Positions 30,393 through 32,000 of a stretch of DNA of 32,000 bases are shown piece after piece. How positions within the stretch are numbered: the stretch's first letter is position 1; every line of letters begins with the position of its first letter. The translations under genes and the position numbers were made by a program. Location: NCBI GenBank assembly GCA_963664265.1, contig OY760941.1, forward strand, positions 1,064,859-1,096,858, written 5' to 3'. The DNA comes from Marinilabiliaceae bacterium. GTDB taxonomy: Bacteria > Bacteroidota > Bacteroidia > Bacteroidales > Marinilabiliaceae. Below the pieces are notes generated by a model. The model saw only the letters and a program-made list of their open reading frames with translations, was not told the origin of the DNA and made no database searches.

Positions 30393-32000
30393 TCACTTCC
30401 TTATTTGAGCGCCCAACTCCCGTTCAAAAGCGCTCATAAAGCTTTGCATCATCTTATCAATCTGCTTATCGGTAAGGGTCTTTGTGTCATCCAAAAGGAC
30501 AAAACTCACAGCATAAGATTTCTTGCCTTCTGGTAAATTTTTACCCTCATACACATCAAACAACGACACCTTCTTCAACAGTTTCTTCTCCGTCTTCAAA
30601 GCCACCTGCTTCACTTGGGCAAAAGTAACCTGCTTGTCGAGCAATAAGGCAAGGTCGCGCTTTACTTCGGGAAACTTAGATATTTCGCGGTACAAAATGG
30701 TTTGTTTGGCACTCTTACGCACCAAAAGATCCCAATTGAACTCGGCAAAGAACAAGGGTTTGTCGATATCGTAAGGTTTTGTGCGTTTGGAATGCACCAT
30801 GCCATAATTCACAAGAACCTTGTTGTCCACCATCAGACAAAGACCTTCGCTCCAAACATCATTGTGGATTGGCTCCTCTTTCAACGTCGAAAAATCAATT
30901 CCTAAGCGACTAATGATATTCTCCACCTGCGTTTTCATATCGAAGAAAGAGAGCTCCTGGGCAGGTGTATTCCAATTCACCTCGTTTTTAAGCCCTGTCA
31001 TGAAAAGAGCTAGGCGGTTTTCTTCGTTGTAGCTTTTAAGCTGATCCTTGGCTCCTTCGGGTTTCAGGCTATAGCAGTTGCCAAATTCAAACAGCTTCAA
31101 GTCGGGATTGCGTCGGTTGCGGTTGTGTTGAACGCTTTCCAAACCGCCAAACAGAAGTGTCTGCCGCATGCCATTCAAGTCACTGCTCAATGGGTTGGCC
31201 AGTTCAACCACCTGTTGGCGAGGGAAAGTGGTTAAATCGTCGTAATTGGCAGCTTTGGTGAGTGAGTTGTTCATGATTTCCACAAAACCACATCCGGTCA
31301 ATTGGGCTGCCACCACATTCTTCACCTTGTGGTCGTCGGGTTTTTGGGCATACACCAACGTGGAGTGAACAGCCGAAGGCATTTCCACATTGTTATAGCC
31401 ATAGATGCGCAGAATCTCCTCAATCACATCAGCCTCGCGGGTTACATCCACACGGTATGGCGGAACCTGAAGCGTCATGGCCGAATCGTTGTCGGCTTTT
31501 ACCTTGATTTCCAAGCCATGAAGAATTTTATGAATGGTGTTTTTGGGTATCTCTTTTCCTATGAGACGTTTGATATTTTTATAGCTTACATGAATCTCAA
31601 AATCTTCGGCTTTCACCGGATAGATATCGGTGATTTCAGATGAGATGGTACCACCGGCAACCTCTTTGATCAAAAGAGCTGCACGTTTCAGGGCAAAAAG
31701 CACCCCATTAGGATCGGTACCACGTTCAAAGCGGAAGCTGGCATCGGTATTCAACTGGTGGCGGCGAGCCGTCTTGCGCACAGCAACCGGATTGAACCAG
31801 GCACTCTCCAAGAATATTTTAGTGGTTTTTTCTGAAACACCACTGTGCAAACCGCCAAACACACCACCAATACACATGGGCGCTTCCCCATTGCAGATCA
31901 TCAGGTCATCGGCCGAAAGCTCGCGCTCCTTCTCATCCAGGGTGATGAATTTCGTTCCGGCAAGGAGATTTTTCACAATCACCTGACCACCTTTGATCTC
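30393..32000 (-). CDS. pheT: Phenylalanine--tRNA ligase beta subunit, C-terminal about 535 aa; the 5' end lies outside the window
   Basis: The B3_4 domain reads LMICNGEAPMCIGGVFGG, followed by B5 and the C-terminal FDX-ACB domain (VSLFDVYEGKNLPEGKKSYAVSF). The frame stays open to base 32000 (EIKGGQ precedes the listed start). Confidence 0.92.
   Translation of the reverse strand, partial: EIKGGQVIVKNLLAGTKFITLDEKERELSADDLMICNGEAPMCIGGVFGGLHSGVSEKTTKIFLESAWFNPVAVRKTARRHQLNTDASFRFERGTDPNGVLFALKRAALLIKEVAGGTISSEITDIYPVKAEDFEIHVSYKNIKRLIGKEIPKNTIHKILHGLEIKVKADNDSAMTLQVPPYRVDVTREADVIEEILRIYGYNNVEMPSAVHSTLVYAQKPDDHKVKNVVAAQLTGCGFVEIMNNSLTKAANYDDLTTFPRQQVVELANPLSSDLNGMRQTLLFGGLESVQHNRNRRNPDLKLFEFGNCYSLKPEGAKDQLKSYNEENRLALFMTGLKNEVNWNTPAQELSFFDMKTQVENIISRLGIDFSTLKEEPIHNDVWSEGLCLMVDNKVLVNYGMVHSKRTKPYDIDKPLFFAEFNWDLLVRKSAKQTILYREISKFPEVKRDLALLLDKQVTFAQVKQVALKTEKKLLKKVSLFDVYEGKNLPEGKKSYAVSFVLLDDTKTLTDKQIDKMMQSFMSAFERELGAQIRK

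Overview
This is a Bacteroidota-type chromosomal segment, judged from a SusC/SusD pair, an ECF-sigma/FecR pair, lipoprotein signal peptides and a TTTG-N19-TAnnTTTG promoter. All calls come from reading the supplied ORF translations and the DNA by eye; no database search was run. Hairpin and repeat coordinates may be off by 1-2 nt.

Bases 1-7616 (+ strand) hold a galacturonate/hexuronate catabolic locus: kdgK (5'-partial), eda, an exuT-like MFS transporter, a LacI-family regulator, a YhcH-family protein, uxaB and uxaA.

Bases 7734-27445 are a roughly 20 kb run of minus-strand genes. In order of coordinate these are:
- a Ser-type sulfatase;
- a terminator-bounded three-gene cassette of unknown function (a CGS-like PLP enzyme with a large insertion, a YbjT-like NAD(P)-binding/DUF2867 protein, and a KAS III-like condensing enzyme);
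- a truncated IS200-like/RAYT tyrosine-transposase remnant with a REP-like cluster of GC-rich palindromes;
- a YgjK-type GH63 alpha-glucosidase and a LacZ-type GH2 beta-galactosidase;
- a LysO exporter encoded as two genes;
- SusD, SusC with an STN signalling domain, a FecR anti-sigma factor and an ECF sigma factor.

Bases 27533-30319 are an IS1595-family element. Its transposase gene is split by a precise insertion of an intact single-ORF IS66-family element with 14-bp terminal inverted repeats and the 8-bp target duplication ACAAATTT. pheT follows at the right end and is 5'-partial. I saw no rRNA, tRNA or CRISPR array.

The best candidate for undescribed biology is the PLP/YbjT-like/KAS III cassette at 9450-13644. 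Secondary candidates are the GH63 + GH2 + split-LysO grouping inside the PUL and the nested IS.
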